Program-made: the position numbers and the translations under genes
NCBI GenBank assembly: GCA_043228905.1
Contig: JBHGNT010000003.1
Location: forward strand, 13,206,001 to 13,270,000
DNA length: 64,000 bases
Direction: 5' to 3'
From: Azolla caroliniana
Lineage: Eukaryota > Plantae > Polypodiophyta
In this document: positions 38,345 to 51,552 of the stretch, one piece after another
How positions within the stretch are numbered: position 1 is the stretch's first letter
Layout: the number at the start of each line of letters is the position of its first letter
The notes under the pieces: model-generated
Database searches by the model: none
The model's input: the letters and a program-made list of their open reading frames with translations, nothing else
Told to the model about the DNA's origin: nothing

Positions 38345-41300
38345 CCACATTGTTGTCTCAGGTAATCTCCCAAGCTGTCCAGTGTGACAATCGTCTTTTC
38401 GAACTTCGTCAAGAAGAACGGGGAACTAGCGGGTCTCAGGCTTCTTCTCGGAACGTAGCAATCATCAGGCCCTACTTGTCGCCCACACCAACCTTACCAT
38501 CAGCCAGTGAAACCCATACCAGAATGGAGGTCGATTCCCATACCCCGATGGAGATCGACCATGCTCGGTTCCAACCACTAACTTAAGTCCAATGCCAACA
38601 TCGTTGGGACAATAGACTCTGTCTCTTTTGTGGCAACCCCGGCGATGTCATCCGCCACTGCCCTATACGAGGCCCTCGACACCAATTCCATCGTGAACGT
38701 CTTGCGGAGGTTCCTCGACAACAGGAAAACGACCAAGTTTGGCTATAGTAGGAGCCATGCTGCTGGACGCTTCCCGTTACTCACCTTCTCCATGCTCCTA
38801 CAAGTCCGAACCACCATTAGGAGGGTTTTCTTTGCAAGTAAGTCTTTGTTTTGGTTCAACTTAAATACATTCTCATGCCTTGCTCGACTCCAGAGCATCT
38901 ACTTGCTTTATTGATAAATCGTTTGTATGAGCACATAATATCCCCACCGTCCGCACATCACAACCATATCCGTTGAAGCAATCGACGATCAGGTTCTCTC
39001 ATCGGGGGCGGTTACCGAAGCCACTATCCCGTTGGTACTTCAAATCGGGGCACACCAAGAGGAACTGACGTTCTACCTCATCGCGACCCCCCGACATCCG
39101 ATTGTGTTGTAGCTATCTTGGTTGGAGACACACAATCCGACAGTGGATTGGTGTAGCCGCTCCATCACTTTTCCAACAACGCCAATTCATGCCCGGTCAC
39201 GACACTCTCTTGATTCTGTTGCGGTTTAGTTGGGTTTGGTCGCTACACTGGCCGTTGTGTCGGGGAACGTCACCGTTCCTGTCACCAATTTACCCATCCG
39301 ATATAGCGACTTTTCCGACATCTTCGAAAAGCGGAATGCCGATCAATTACCGGCTCATCGCCCCTACGATTGCCCAATAGAACTCCAAGCTAGCGAGCAT
39401 CTCCCATTCGGTTCTATCTATGGGTTATCCGAACCCAAACTTGAGGCTCTCCGCACATATTTGGCTGAGAATCTCGCGAAGGGCTTCATTCAACCCTCCA
39501 AATCATCGGCCGGGGCACCAATATTATTTGTCAAAAAGAAGGACGGCTCCTTACGCTTATGTGTCGATTATCGGGGTCTCAACAAAGTTACAGTACATAA
39601 TCATTACCCCCTGCCCTTAATTCCAGCGCTCCTCGATTGACTCCGAACGGGGTATATCTTCTCCAAAATCGACCTTCGGGGCGCCTACAATTTGGTGCGC
39701 ATCAAGCCTGGGGACGTGTGGAAAACAACTTTTCGGACGCGCTATGGACATTTCGAGTACAAAGTGATGCCTTTCAGGCTTACCAACGCTCCGGTCGTCT
39801 TCCAGCACATGATGAACGATATTTTTCGAGAGTATCTCAATCATTTCGTGGTCATCTACCTTGACGAGATACTAGTTTTTTCTTCCAACTGGGAGGAGCA
39901 CACACACCATGTCCGGCTAGTTCTCACCAAACTCTGAGAATATGGGCTCTTTGCCAAAAGTGAGAAATGTGAATTCGATCGGACTGCTGTGGAATTCCTG
40001 GGTTACATGATCTCACCTATCGGGATCACAATGGATGAACGCGAGGTCACCGCAATCATTGATTGGCCTCTCCCGACTCGGCTGAAAGAGGTACAATCAT
40101 TTCTTGATTTTGCAAATTTTTATAGACGATTTATAGACGGGTTCTCATCCCTAGTCCAACCTCTCATCCAACTTACCCGGAAAGATACTCCATTTCTTTG
40201 GACCCCCGCAACACATATAATGCTTTTAATGCCCTCAAAGCAGCTTTTCTCTCTGTCCCCCTGTTAGTCCACCTGGACCCCACCCGCCCTTTACAAGTTG
40301 AAAACGATGCCTCCGACTTTGCAATAGGTGCGGTCTTGTCCCAACCTGATGACGATGGTACCCTACATCCGGTTGCCTTCTACTCTCAGAAGTTTACAAC
40401 CCCGGAAATCAATTATCCGGTCTACGACAAGGAGCTTGCAGCTATCATCTCGACCTTCGCTGAATGGCAACCCTATCTAGCTGGGGCACAACATCTTATT
40501 TAGGTGGTGACCGACCACAAGAATCTCATCTACTTCACCACCACTCGTACGTTGAATCGGAGACAGGCTCGTTGGTCATCTTTTCTTGCCGACTACGACT
40601 TCGAAATCTTGTTCCAACCCGGCGTTCAACATGGGAAAGCGAATGCTCTCTCTTGGCGACCCGATTTTGCATTGCGCCTAGGCGACGACACTTATTCTCA
40701 GCAATCACATTGTTTATGGCGGCCCGATGAACTCCACATATTCGCAACCTATCTATTACACGATGATTCCCTGCTCAACGAGATTGCCCAAGCAACCACG
40801 TCGAACCCTTTCACTACTAGCATCATGGCGCACCTCAACAACCCATCCCAGGAACGGCAAAGCTCGGATCTCAGTCACTTTAGAGTTCCCGATGGGCTAG
40901 TCTATCGTAATCACCTCCTTTACGTACCAAATGGCCCATGTTGCCTCCGAGTTCTACAAACTTGCCATGATGATCCTCTTGTCGGACACTTTGGGGTTGC
41001 CAAAACGTTGGCATTGCTTTCTCGGGGGTTTTGGTGGCCTCAACCTTGGAAATTGGTCAAAGATTTTATCAAACCTTCTGACGTCTGTGCTCGCTCCAAA
41101 GTGGCTCACCATCTTCCATATGGCCTTCTACACCCACTTCCAATCCCCAGTCAACCTTGAGCATCCCTCTCCATGGACTTTATCACCGACCTTCCTCGAG
41201 TCGGTGACCATGACATGGTGCTAGTGGTCGTCGATCGGTTTTCGAAAATAGCTCACTTTGTCCCATGTTCGAAAACCATTTCGGAAGAGGAGACAACTAC

Positions 41301-42613
41301 CCTTTTTCTGAAAAATGTCATCTGCTTACACGGTTTGCCTGAGGATGTCACTTCTGATCGAGGTCCTCAATTTATCTCCCACTTTTGGCGCCGACTGCTC
41401 CAGACATTCGGGACTTCTATGAACTTGTCAACCGCGCACCGCACTCAAACTGATGGCCAAACCGAAAGAGTCAACCAAATCCTCAAACAATACCTCCATT
41501 GTTCAATTAGCTACCAACAAGACGATTGTGTGGACCTCCTTGCCATGGCGGAATTTGCCTACAATAACAGTATCCATGCCTCAACTAAAGTTTCCCCATT
41601 CTTTGCAAATTACGGTTTCCACCCTCATTTCAGCATTTCCATTCCGGAGATATCCATCAATCTGCCGGCCGAGAAACGTGCCCACACCTTACAAGATGTC
41701 CACCGTGACCTCTCCCTCGAGCTCAATGCCGTATAAAGCTCACGTTGACCGACATCGCTTAGTCGTGCCGACCTTCGCAATCGATGACATGGTTTGGTTG
41801 CTACGTCGGCATATCGCAACCACCCATCCCTGCATGAAGCTCGACTACAAAAAGCTAGGCCCCTTCCATATCCTCGAGCACGTTAACCCAGTCGCCTTTC
41901 GGTTAGCGCTTCCCCCCACATTTCGGCTTCACAATGTTTTCCACGTCTCTCTCCTCGAACTCTGTCATCCTTCTCGCATTCCAGGACGCCAACCTCCTCC
42001 GCCGTCGCCCATGGAATTATCGACAGGTGAGGAGTATGAGGTTGACCGGATCCTCGACTCTCGCTTGCGTCGACGGCGACTTCAATACTTGGGTCTTATG
42101 GAAAGGTTACCCTCTTTTGGATGCCACATGGAAACTAGTTACACACTTACAAAATGCACCGGAGGCAATTCGTGCTTTTCACCAACGATAACCCCATAAA
42201 CCGGCCTCGGGTGTTAGGAGGCGGCCTTAGAGGGAGGATAATGTCATAGACATATGCCACAAAGGAAGGTAGGGATTGAACCCAAGACCTCATGGTCTCT
42301 ATTGGGCAAACCCTACCACTTTAGCTACATATGAATCCTTGTATTTAATTCAACTTCATATAGTATAGATTGAACATTGGAAGTTCCTAGCTTACATGCA
42401 TTTTCATTCTCTAGCTTGCATGCATCCTCATGCACTCTATTTCTAGTTGGCTTACATAGCCCTACCCTCTTGTATAAATACTCATGTGCACCTTGATTCT
42501 AATCAAGGTGAACAACACAAGTTACGGAATCTATAAGTTGAGTTCTTGTTCTTTTCCTCTCTCTTGTTCTCCAGCCTTATCTTCGTTCTACTCTATTATA
42601 CTTGTTCGTGACA
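38345..42613 (+). mobile_element. Tcn1/Tf-like gypsy chromovirus, 5'-truncated: gag knuckle, PR, RT, RH, IN, chromodomain, PPT and 3' LTR (42242-42613)
   Basis: [65 protein letters not shown] and EYEVDRILDSR. PPT AGAGGGAGGA. LTR TGTCATAG...CGTGACA. Confidence 0.92.
42268..42328 (-). promoter_or_regulatory. tRNA-derived A/B-box cassette in U3 of the chromovirus LTR
   Basis: Minus strand reads TAGCTAAAGTGGTAGGG...GAGGTCTTGGGTTCAATCCC. Confidence 0.7.
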
Positions 42614-43214
42614 CTTGGATATTGATGGAGAGAAAACAATCGAAAGAGATTGTTTTTTAACACATTGAATAAAATGAGTACAATTGTTCAGTACAAAAGT
42701 AATCGAATGTTGAACCCAATCAAGAGATAAAGAAGAGTTTTTATTAAAAAACCAGGAATGACCTAATATTGCATCAGTTGTACAAAGATTCATTACATGG
42801 AAGTCTACTTCCTCAATATAAGTATCAATAGAAATTCCTAATGAATGAATCTCCTTGTTGATGTATTGTACTCTTCCATCAGCCAAGTGCAACTTACATG
42901 TGTGATCACGTATGGTGGGTTGGATTCCCCAGACTTGAACCAAACAATCATTCACAAAGTTGTGTAAGCTTCCCGAATCAAACAGAAATTGTATGAGAGA
43001 CCCATTGTTATACCCGTTTGCACGTAGTAAATCATTTGGTCCCAATACGTAGTGAGGGAAAGAACATTGACAATTACTTAAATGATGGTGTAGACCTCAA
43101 GGGCATTAGGAATCCGACCTTTATGGTTTGCACCTTTTGTTTTGTTGCCGTTCTCTTTTCGTTGGAGCTTTCAACATTGCTCTTTTGTATAACCCTTCTT
43201 TCTACAAAATACGT
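42614..43214 (-). pseudogene. Gypsy gag-knuckle and aspartic protease fragment
   Basis: FLFDSGSLHNFV and DAILGHSW. A degenerate knuckle (FCRKKG.TKEQC) is cut at 43214. Confidence 0.75.
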
Positions 43215-45295
43215 TGTCGTGATGTGGCATGTCTAGTGTGAGAAAAAATCAAAAATTGAGGATCCACACACATTTCACGAATACTCGTAAAAATGAAAAT
43301 AAATTAGTAATAAATAAACCTAGGTCACAATGGCATTGAGTGCATATAGAGGGCTGCAAGTAGGATTTAAACCTTGCACCTCTAAGATAAGAGACAATTA
43401 CCTTACCACTAAAGCTACTACTAAGTGCATTAAATTTTCTATATTTCTTTCTCATATTCAGTATTTAGTAGGAAACAAACGTGTACACAAAACCATGGTT
43501 TAAAGCCCATGGTTTTCTGCATGTCACGAAAACCATGGCTCAAAGCCCATGTTTTTGTGCATGGACAAATCTATAAAACCCCTAGTATGGCTTGTGTATG
43601 TGATATCACCATCAATATAAAATTCTTCTTATAAATATACTTCTTCTTTTACCGTCGATCAATATTATTATACTTCTTATAATTGTCAATCTTTGGATCT
43701 TTTCAAAATTGGAAATTGGTTTCCTCGACTCCTATCCACATCATCAAATCTTTTCGACAAGTTCGCAAACGTCCTCTCTGGTCCGAGACCCCGGTGGTTC
43801 CGCTCAAGCTAACGCACACACGCACATCTTCGCGACATCATTTGGTGAACCCGATGTGAAGAGCGGTAGGGGAGGATGAAGATGGACGAGGAATATCTCA
43901 TGAAGGCAGTGTCAAAAATGATGATGGAATTTTCGAGAGAAGGTAAAAGACGAGACGCGGCCCAACAAGCCGTCGAAAGCGTGGTCGAGCAAGCCGACTA
44001 TTTCGACGGGGGCATAGTCCAAAGTTTTCTAGAGACCTACAATGCCGAGATGGATTTGAGAGGTGTGAATGAAGCTACGAGGCTGGAGTACTTTTGTCGG
44101 GTGGTGGCTAAACCGATCTACACAGAGGTAAAAGAGCTTCGAGAAGCTCATGATTTGTGGGTGACTTTCACGGAGTCTCTATTGAAGGCATATGGCTACG
44201 AGAGACCAAAGGGACGAGGTCGGCTTGAATTCGACCAGTGGGTGAAGACCCACCAAGGTGCGACACAAGCATTCCTAGACTTTGAGTGTCGTTTTTCTCA
44301 ACTGTCAGAGTAGGAACAAAGATTGGTGGGGGTGGATAAGGTCTTGTTGTTCATGATGTCGATTGATTGAAGGGAAAGGATGGCCATTGGACTCAAACTT
44401 GAAGAAGATTATGGTGCAAATGGCCTCACTGAGGATTGGAGAAAAGTGGAAAGAGTATGCCGACTGCATGATAAGAGGAAGACAAGATTCTCTTCGGCAA
44501 CAACACAACCCACGAGGGATGGTGAAAGGAGGACGGGATGTGACTACACACAACCACCTAAAGAAGAAAGCTTGAAGATGGAAGGTTCGACGGTACTCGA
44601 CATAGAGGCCTTTGTAAAGGAGGCATATGAGAGTTTAAAGGTGCAAGTCAAGGCCAAAGAGAAGCCTAGAATGGAGCCAAAACCGAGACAATTGGTGATC
44701 GAGGAAGAGAAGATCTCCCGGGAAATGTAGACTAATGATGCGGCCAATACGAAGGCCCAAGTTCGGTACGACAATACCATGGGAGAAGGTGTAGAACAAG
44801 CCAACTTCTCAACTTATGGAGGAACGATGGTTAAGAGAAATACCGAAGCCTCGAGAGCAGGAAATGCCTCTCTAAGAGTGGACAAGCATTTCGGAACACA
44901 CATTGTGTCCGAAATATCAAGTGATGAAGCTGCAAGTGTGAGAAAAGCTTGCATGATTGAGGTAGATAAAGAGTGCGAGGTCGACATGATTGAGGAGGTA
45001 GCCACAAGAAACAACATCAAGATAGAGATGGCTATGGACAAGTCGATGGCGGATGGTCGTGTCGAGACTTTCCTAACACTTGATCTAGAGACTTGGGTAG
45101 TTGCATCTGAGAGCCAACATGAGACCCAAGAGACGGAAAGTGGTGGGGAAGCAAAGATTGAAGCCAATGTGAATAACAACGTTGAAAGAAAGATGGCTAT
45201 GGATGAGAAGACGGTGACCAATGGTGCCAAGGTTCTCCCCACAATTGTTCCTGAGACTTCGGCAGTTGTGCCTGAGAGCCAACATAAGAAACATT
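43215..45295 (+). mobile_element. LTR element with a tRNA-Trp PBS: LTR 43215-43837, PBS 43843-43860, gag-like ORF from 43876 and an acidic repetitive tail; 3'-truncated
   Basis: LTR termini TGTCGTGA...TCGCGACA. TGGTGAACCCGATGTGAA matches the complement of the plant tRNA-Trp 3' end (TGGTGAACCCGACGTGAA) with 1 mismatch. The downstream ORF is gag-like by position. Confidence 0.7.
43355..43418 (-). promoter_or_regulatory. tRNA-derived A/B-box cassette in the LTR
   Basis: Minus strand reads TAGCTTTAGTGGTAAGG...AGAGGTGCAAGGTTTAAATCC. Confidence 0.6.
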
Positions 45296-46824
45296 TATTT
45301 TCCCCTCGTTTACCACAAACTATGTTGGTAAGTTACCTAACCTCAAGTCTCATAATTACAATAGCTTACGCCAAAGTGCAACGTAATGGTCAAGCCAAAT
45401 GAGCCCTCTCTTCGTACTAGGCCCACATGGCCCATCACATGGTTACGTCATTACGAATGTCTTTCGTAAGAAGGATCTCATGGTGGCATCGTATCCATGT
45501 AATGAGGGAGTGATGATGGATATGTGTGTCATAGGAGCGACCTCACATGAAGTGGGTCAAACCCTATGTTCTCAATGTCATTGTGGCTATCATTGTTTCA
45601 ATACGTAACGAAATCGAAGGGACCAATGGGGATGTCAACAAAAAAATTGTTGAAAAAAGGATGGTGACTATGCCATTCTCAAAAAAATGTGAGGACGGCC
45701 ACCAAGATCCTTTCCCTGAAAAGGAAAACATTCGATATAGAAATCACGTAATAACTAATATACACATATGTGTATTTATTACATATATACGATCAAATAC
45801 GTATACACGTGACCACATGCATATATTTAAAAAATCGTAACATCAAATAGCCAATAATGATGTAATCGAGATACATAATCGAGGCATATAGCCTCTACAC
45901 ACACGAAACATCCAAAAATAAGGGTGGTCAATCGTAATACGCAATAGAGGTATTGACCTCTTAATCATACGGCACCAAACGCATATCATTTAAATAGAAG
46001 TAGAGGTGTTGACCTCACATACTTCACATGCATATGTAACATATGTCAGTGAATGTAATACGCAATTGAGGTATTAACCTCATATGCATACGACACAAAT
46101 CACATATCAAATATATGTCAAATAAGGTATTGATCTCATACACATATGAATACGTTTTATAAAACCAATCCATTACCACTACAACATCATTAAATCAAAA
46201 AAGAAAAAACATACTAACTATACATGATTAGATTGGAAGAAGAAAGAATAAAAAAACAACAAAGAGTTACTAAATTTCCTTTGTTGATCGTTATCTAGAT
46301 CCAAGTCAACCGCATGTCGATCGATCATCATCCATCAAGAAGACAACAAAAACCAACAAAAGAAACATTAGAAACATAAGCTCTGATACCAACTGTTCGA
46401 GCGATGATCTAATGTAAGCATATGGTAAGGATTTATATATGAAATAAGAAAGGAGAGAAAGAAAGAAGCGATCAGTGACGGGATCGACACGGACTCGAGC
46501 CTCGATCAGCATCCCATACTACCGTTGTGGCATCGAGTCGTCCCTGGTGTTGACGCGCTCGGTACAAGAGTTGACCCACCACGAAACAGAGTCTCGACGT
46601 AGTCAAGAGATGATGAACTCAGGGTAGCTAGGCCTCATATTTATAGCGAGACCCAAGGCCCCTAGGCAAGTTCACACTTGTCCTAATGGGTTGTCTCAAT
46701 CCCGAGGATTAAAAGTAATCCTCCCCTTTATTTACACTCTTGTTTAACCCTCACACTTATTCAGGTGTATAGAATACTACGGTAAATTCTCACCATGGGA
46801 TATTATATGGTCATTCCCGTAACA
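45296..46824 (-). mobile_element. Gypsy 5' LTR (46394-46824) with PBS-Met (46380-46391) and a repetitive leader; same LTR family as 11472
   Basis: Minus strand reads TGTTACGGGAATGACCATATAATATCCC...CGAACA then TGGTATCAGAGC. Repeats of about 60 bp (GAGGTATTGACCTC) at 45880-46150. The left boundary is approximate. Confidence 0.7.
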
Positions 46825-47592
46825 CGACTCTTTTAGGCCCGAACAGTTGGCTCCTCCCACTGGAGGGACATATTCCCAACAAACTCCCCCGTCAGTCCAG
46901 TGGGTGCGAGTCGGTTAGTCCTGTCTTCTATCCACTGACTCTAAGTCTGTCCATTCGTAGGTTCTTCGTGAGCATGTCAGATCCATTGTCGTGGGTATGG
47001 ATTTTCACGAGGGAAAACTCTCCTTCATCTACATTCTCTCGCAACCAGTGATACCTCCTTTGTATATGCTTGGTCCAAGAGTAGTATACAATGTTCTTTG
47101 CAATATGTATGGCCCTCTTATTATCACATTGGAGCAATAATTCTTCTTCCTTCGTCCCAAGTTCACTGAGGAAACTCTTCATCCAAATCAGCTCCTTGCT
47201 AGCCTCTACCACTGCCATATACTCTGCCTCTGTGGTCGACAATGCCATAGACTTCTGTAGTCCTGATTGCCACAACATTACTCCCCCCTGCATAGGTCAT
47301 CATGTACCCTGACGTGGATCGGCTCGAGTCTGCATCCCATCACATGTCTAAATTGGTAAACCCTTCGAGCATGGGCTTGCTGAAACCATACCTTAGGCAT
47401 ACCCCTGAGGTGCCTTTTAAGTACTTGAGTATCCATTTCACTGTTGCCTAGTGTTCTCGTCCTAGATTACTCATGTATCGGCTTACTATTCTCACAACAA
47501 AAGCTATGTCTGGTCTCATGCAGACCATAGCATACATTAGGTTGCCTATGGCTGAGGCATATGGTACTTTCTTCATCTAAGCCTTTTCTTTC

Positions 47593-48009
47593 TGTCAGGA
47601 ATAGTACTGAAACAGAGAGGGAATTGGTACTAAGAGATTGATGATTAGTACTAAGAGGAAAAGAGGGTGTAGAACAATCGAGAAAAAGGAGAGAGAGAGA
47701 ATGATGATAACAAAAGGATATATTATGTGTGAAAAGAATATACAAGGATAGCTAGGAGGCTTAAGACTGGTGTTGAACCGATTTGGTTTTCGATAATACC
47801 ATGTGCCTCTTTTTATAGTGGCTTTAGGAATACTCTTGACATTTCTAGAATGTTCTAGAGAAATCTAGAATATACATGGATTTCCTAAGTGAAATAATAT
47901 TCTTTGTATTACAATGTATAGCTTAAGTGTATTACAATAATATTCGCCCATGTGCCACAAGGTCATGGGCTCAAATCTTTTTGAAGCCATACCATGCTAA
48001 ATCATGACA
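47593..48009 (-). mobile_element. Solo LTR (gypsy-type, TGTCATGA...CCTGACA) in the copia RT, with a degenerate tRNA-like cassette at about 47918-47980 (+)
   Basis: TSD CTTTC at 47588-47592 and 48010-48014. TATA on the minus strand near 47815. Cassette reads TAGCTTAAGTG...AAGGTCATGGGCTCAAATC. Confidence 0.85.
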
Positions 48010-50701
48010 CTTTCTCCCCTCTCGAGCATTGTTTTCCATTTAATCTGCAATTAGTTGGCAACACCGAGCCAACTGACTTTGCTTCCAACATGTTGAATCT
48101 TTCTAGGATCTTCGTCACATATTTCTCTTGTCACACCACAAAACTTTCTTAGTTCTACCCTGAACTATGTGTATCCCTACGATCTGCTTTCCCGGTTCAA
48201 GATCTTTCATAGCAAAAGATTTGCCTAGAGCTTTTTTCAAGCTTTCGATCTTCCTTGTATCTTGATCGACTATCAACATGTCATCTACATAAAGCAAGAG
48301 AATCAAGAAATCACCTTCTTTGTACCTTTTGACAAACACACAGTGATCAGCCTGTGTTTTCTGGAACCGATGTTCCGTCATGAAGGATTTGAACTTCTTG
48401 TACCATTGGCGTGGAGATTGTTTCAATCCATACAAGTTTTTCTTTAGTCAAAACACCAAGTTCTCTTTTCCTTTCTCCACAAAGCCTTCGGGCTGCTGCA
48501 TGTAGATCTCTTCCTCTAGCTCCCTGTGCAAGAATGTTGTCTTGACATCCAACTGTTCGATCTCCAGATCCATGCTCGCAACAATGCTCAGAACAGTTCA
48601 GATGGATGTCATCTTGACGACTGACGTGAATATTTCGTAGAAGTCAACACCCCTTTTCTGTTGGAATCCCTTCACCACAATGCAAGCTTTATACATGGGT
48701 GCACTGTCGACTTCTCCAGTCTTCACCTTGTAGAACCATTTATTCATGAGTGCTCTCTTATCTTTCGGTAGTTCTATTAGGTCATAGGTGTAGTTTTCAT
48801 GCAAGGAGTCCATCTTGTCTTACATTGCACTCAACCATCTTTCTCTGTGCTTGTCACCAATGGCTTCGTCATAGCACTCTGGTTCACCTTCATCAGTCAA
48901 GAGGATGTATTGACTAACATACGTCGTCGGGGCTCTCCTTTCTCTGAGTGGGTATCTCCTTCCACTGATTTTCGGCTCCAAATCGTATGTCTCTGCCGAC
49001 TCTACTCTCCACTCAGGTTCATTCATGTTGATTGGTTGTCGGATGTACACTAACTCTGATTCGTATTCTTTGATTGACTTCTATAGGTCTGTCAACTCTA
49101 ACTCATAGTCGGTCGGTCTCTCCGAGTCGACTAACTCGAATTCAGCTGTGCTGATTGGCTATCTCTAAACAACTGTCTGTTTTGGTTCACTTGGCCTTAA
49201 GCCGACTGTAGTTGTGGTTAATTGGCAAGTTGATTCCAATATCTGTTGCTTCCAGTCCACTATCGTCTTGTCTTCTAAAAAGACTACGTCCAGACTTCTC
49301 ACTACCTTCTTGTCGACTAAGTCCCACAGCTTGTAGTGAACTCATATTTCGAGTATCCCATGAATATGCATGGTTTCGACTTACTGTTGAGCTTCGACCT
49401 CTGTTCCTTAGCCACATGCATATACACTAAGCATCCAAACACCCTCAAGTGTCGATAGGAGACATCATTTCCTGTCCACACCCTTTGTGGGACATCACCC
49501 TTCAATGGCATTGAGGGAGACCTATTGATAAGATAAACAACTTTATACATCGCCTCAGCCCAATAGGCTTTCGGTAGTTTAGCATAAGAGAGCATGCTCC
49601 TTACTCTCTCCATGATTGTTCGATTCATCCCCTCTACAAGCATGTTCAACTCAAGGGTCTTCGGTACTGTGTATTTGATTCGAATACCTTGTGCTTTGCA
49701 GTATTCCTCGAACTACCCTCTATATTTGCCACCATTGTCGGTTCGAACAACCTTCAACTTCCGACCCGAATCTCATTTAGTTCTTTCTTGGAACTCCTTA
49801 AACATTGACAATACTTGATCCTTCAACTTCAGTACAAAGACCCATGTCTTCTGACTATGGTCATCAATAAATGTTACAAAGTACTGTCCACCATGATGTG
49901 ATGGAGCATCCACATAGCACACATCTGTGTGTACTAGTTCAAGTGGAACTTCTCTTCTTCTTGGTGGTTTTGAGTGGAATGTTGCTTTATTCTGCTTTCT
50001 AACTAAGTAGTCAACGCATTTCTCCAGGTGCACTCCCTTTACCTCTGGTAGAAGTTTCTGGTCAGCCAACAGATGCAAACCCTTCTTATGCCATATCTGT
50101 CCTGTCGAGTCGGCTGCCACATTCACTTCTAACTTGCATAGCTGGGCTTGCATCATATACATTGTGCCTTCTTTTTGTGCTCCGGCCACTATAAGATTTC
50201 CTCGGCAGAACTTCCACTTGCCATTCCGAAAACTACCGTTGTAGCCTTCATCGTCCAATCTTCCAGTCGATATCAGATTCAATCTGATATAGGGGACATG
50301 TCGAACATCCTTCAGCATTAGTCGACGTCGTCAAGTAGACACTTCCGACTCCGGCTATCTTGCACTCTCCATTGTCACCCATCTTTACAAAGCCATGATC
50401 CTCGGTATGTAAGTCGAGAAATACTCTCTGGACGGAGTTATATGGAATGATGCACCAAAGTTGATCACCCAAGTGCATTCTTCGCTTGCAAGATTTGCAC
50501 TTGCATGTTAACAAATGAGCGTGAGTTCTTCTTCATTGCTCGTAGCAATGGCTGAAGTGTTCTTTTCATCAAGAATCTTCCTGGGTTCAACATTATTACT
50601 CACACTCTTTTCCTTCTTAAGATGTCGGTAGTCCTTTTGGAAATGTCCAGGCTTTCCACAATAAAAGCATGTTAATTTACCTCTGAACTTCGATCTGGCG
50701 T

Positions 50702-51552
50702 CAAAGTTGTTAGGTACGTTAGGTACGTTAGGTACAATACGGATACCATACGTATTTAACGTATTAATACTCGTATAGTACCTCCCAATTTAAAAGTACG
50801 TTAAATACTTTTTCTTAATATGTTAAATACTTATAAAATATGTATTTTACGTATAGTACGTTAAATACTTCTAGAATTTGAAAATGATTTACCTTTCTAA
50901 AAAATATCTATAATATTGTAAAAAACATCTATGTTTACACAATTTTGTGATGTACAATATAGTTCTACATCCTAAAATGCATATAAGACATTTGAACATT
51001 TCACATCCTAAAATACTTGTAGTAATATGGATGTCGACATTTCCTTATTCTATAAATCAGTGTAAGTGTGTATCTCGATGTTCTACTTCAAATTGTAATT
51101 ATTTACAATTATGCCTTCATAGATTGAGGAATCGTCTACAATTATCACACTCATGATAGGTTTCTCTTTTCTTTGTTTTCTTCTTCTTCTTCTTCCATCT
51201 TCTGCGATTATCACACTCAAGACAGGTTTATGTCTTCTTTTCTCTCTTCTTCTTCTTCTTCTTCTTCTTCTTCTTCATCTTCTTCATCGTCGTCTCATCT
51301 ATTCTTCTTTCTTCCTTCCTTTGGCTTCTTCTTCACTAAAATCTTTTATTTCTTTTGCTTTTTGTTAGGGTTTTACTTACATTTTCTTTATAAATAAGTA
51401 TTATACCTGTTTTTTTATAAATACATTAAATACTTTATTGGACAAATGTACATGATATTTGACTGAACAACATTGAGGTATAGTATGTACTATACAAATG
51501 ATGAGGTACTATACGTATTTAAACGTTAAATACAAGTACGTAAACAACCATG
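50702..51552. mobile_element. Non-autonomous hAT-type DNA transposon (MITE-like)
   Basis: Imperfect TIRs CAAAGTTGTT / AACAACCATG. 8-bp TSD TCTGGCGT / TCTAGCGT. AT-rich, GTACG subterminal motifs, internal (CTT)n. Confidence 0.85.

Noticed and set aside
51153-51397. Poly-Leu and poly-Ser ORFs, resembling a membrane or signal peptide
   Set aside because: They are translations of a (CTT)n microsatellite inside the hAT-type element.
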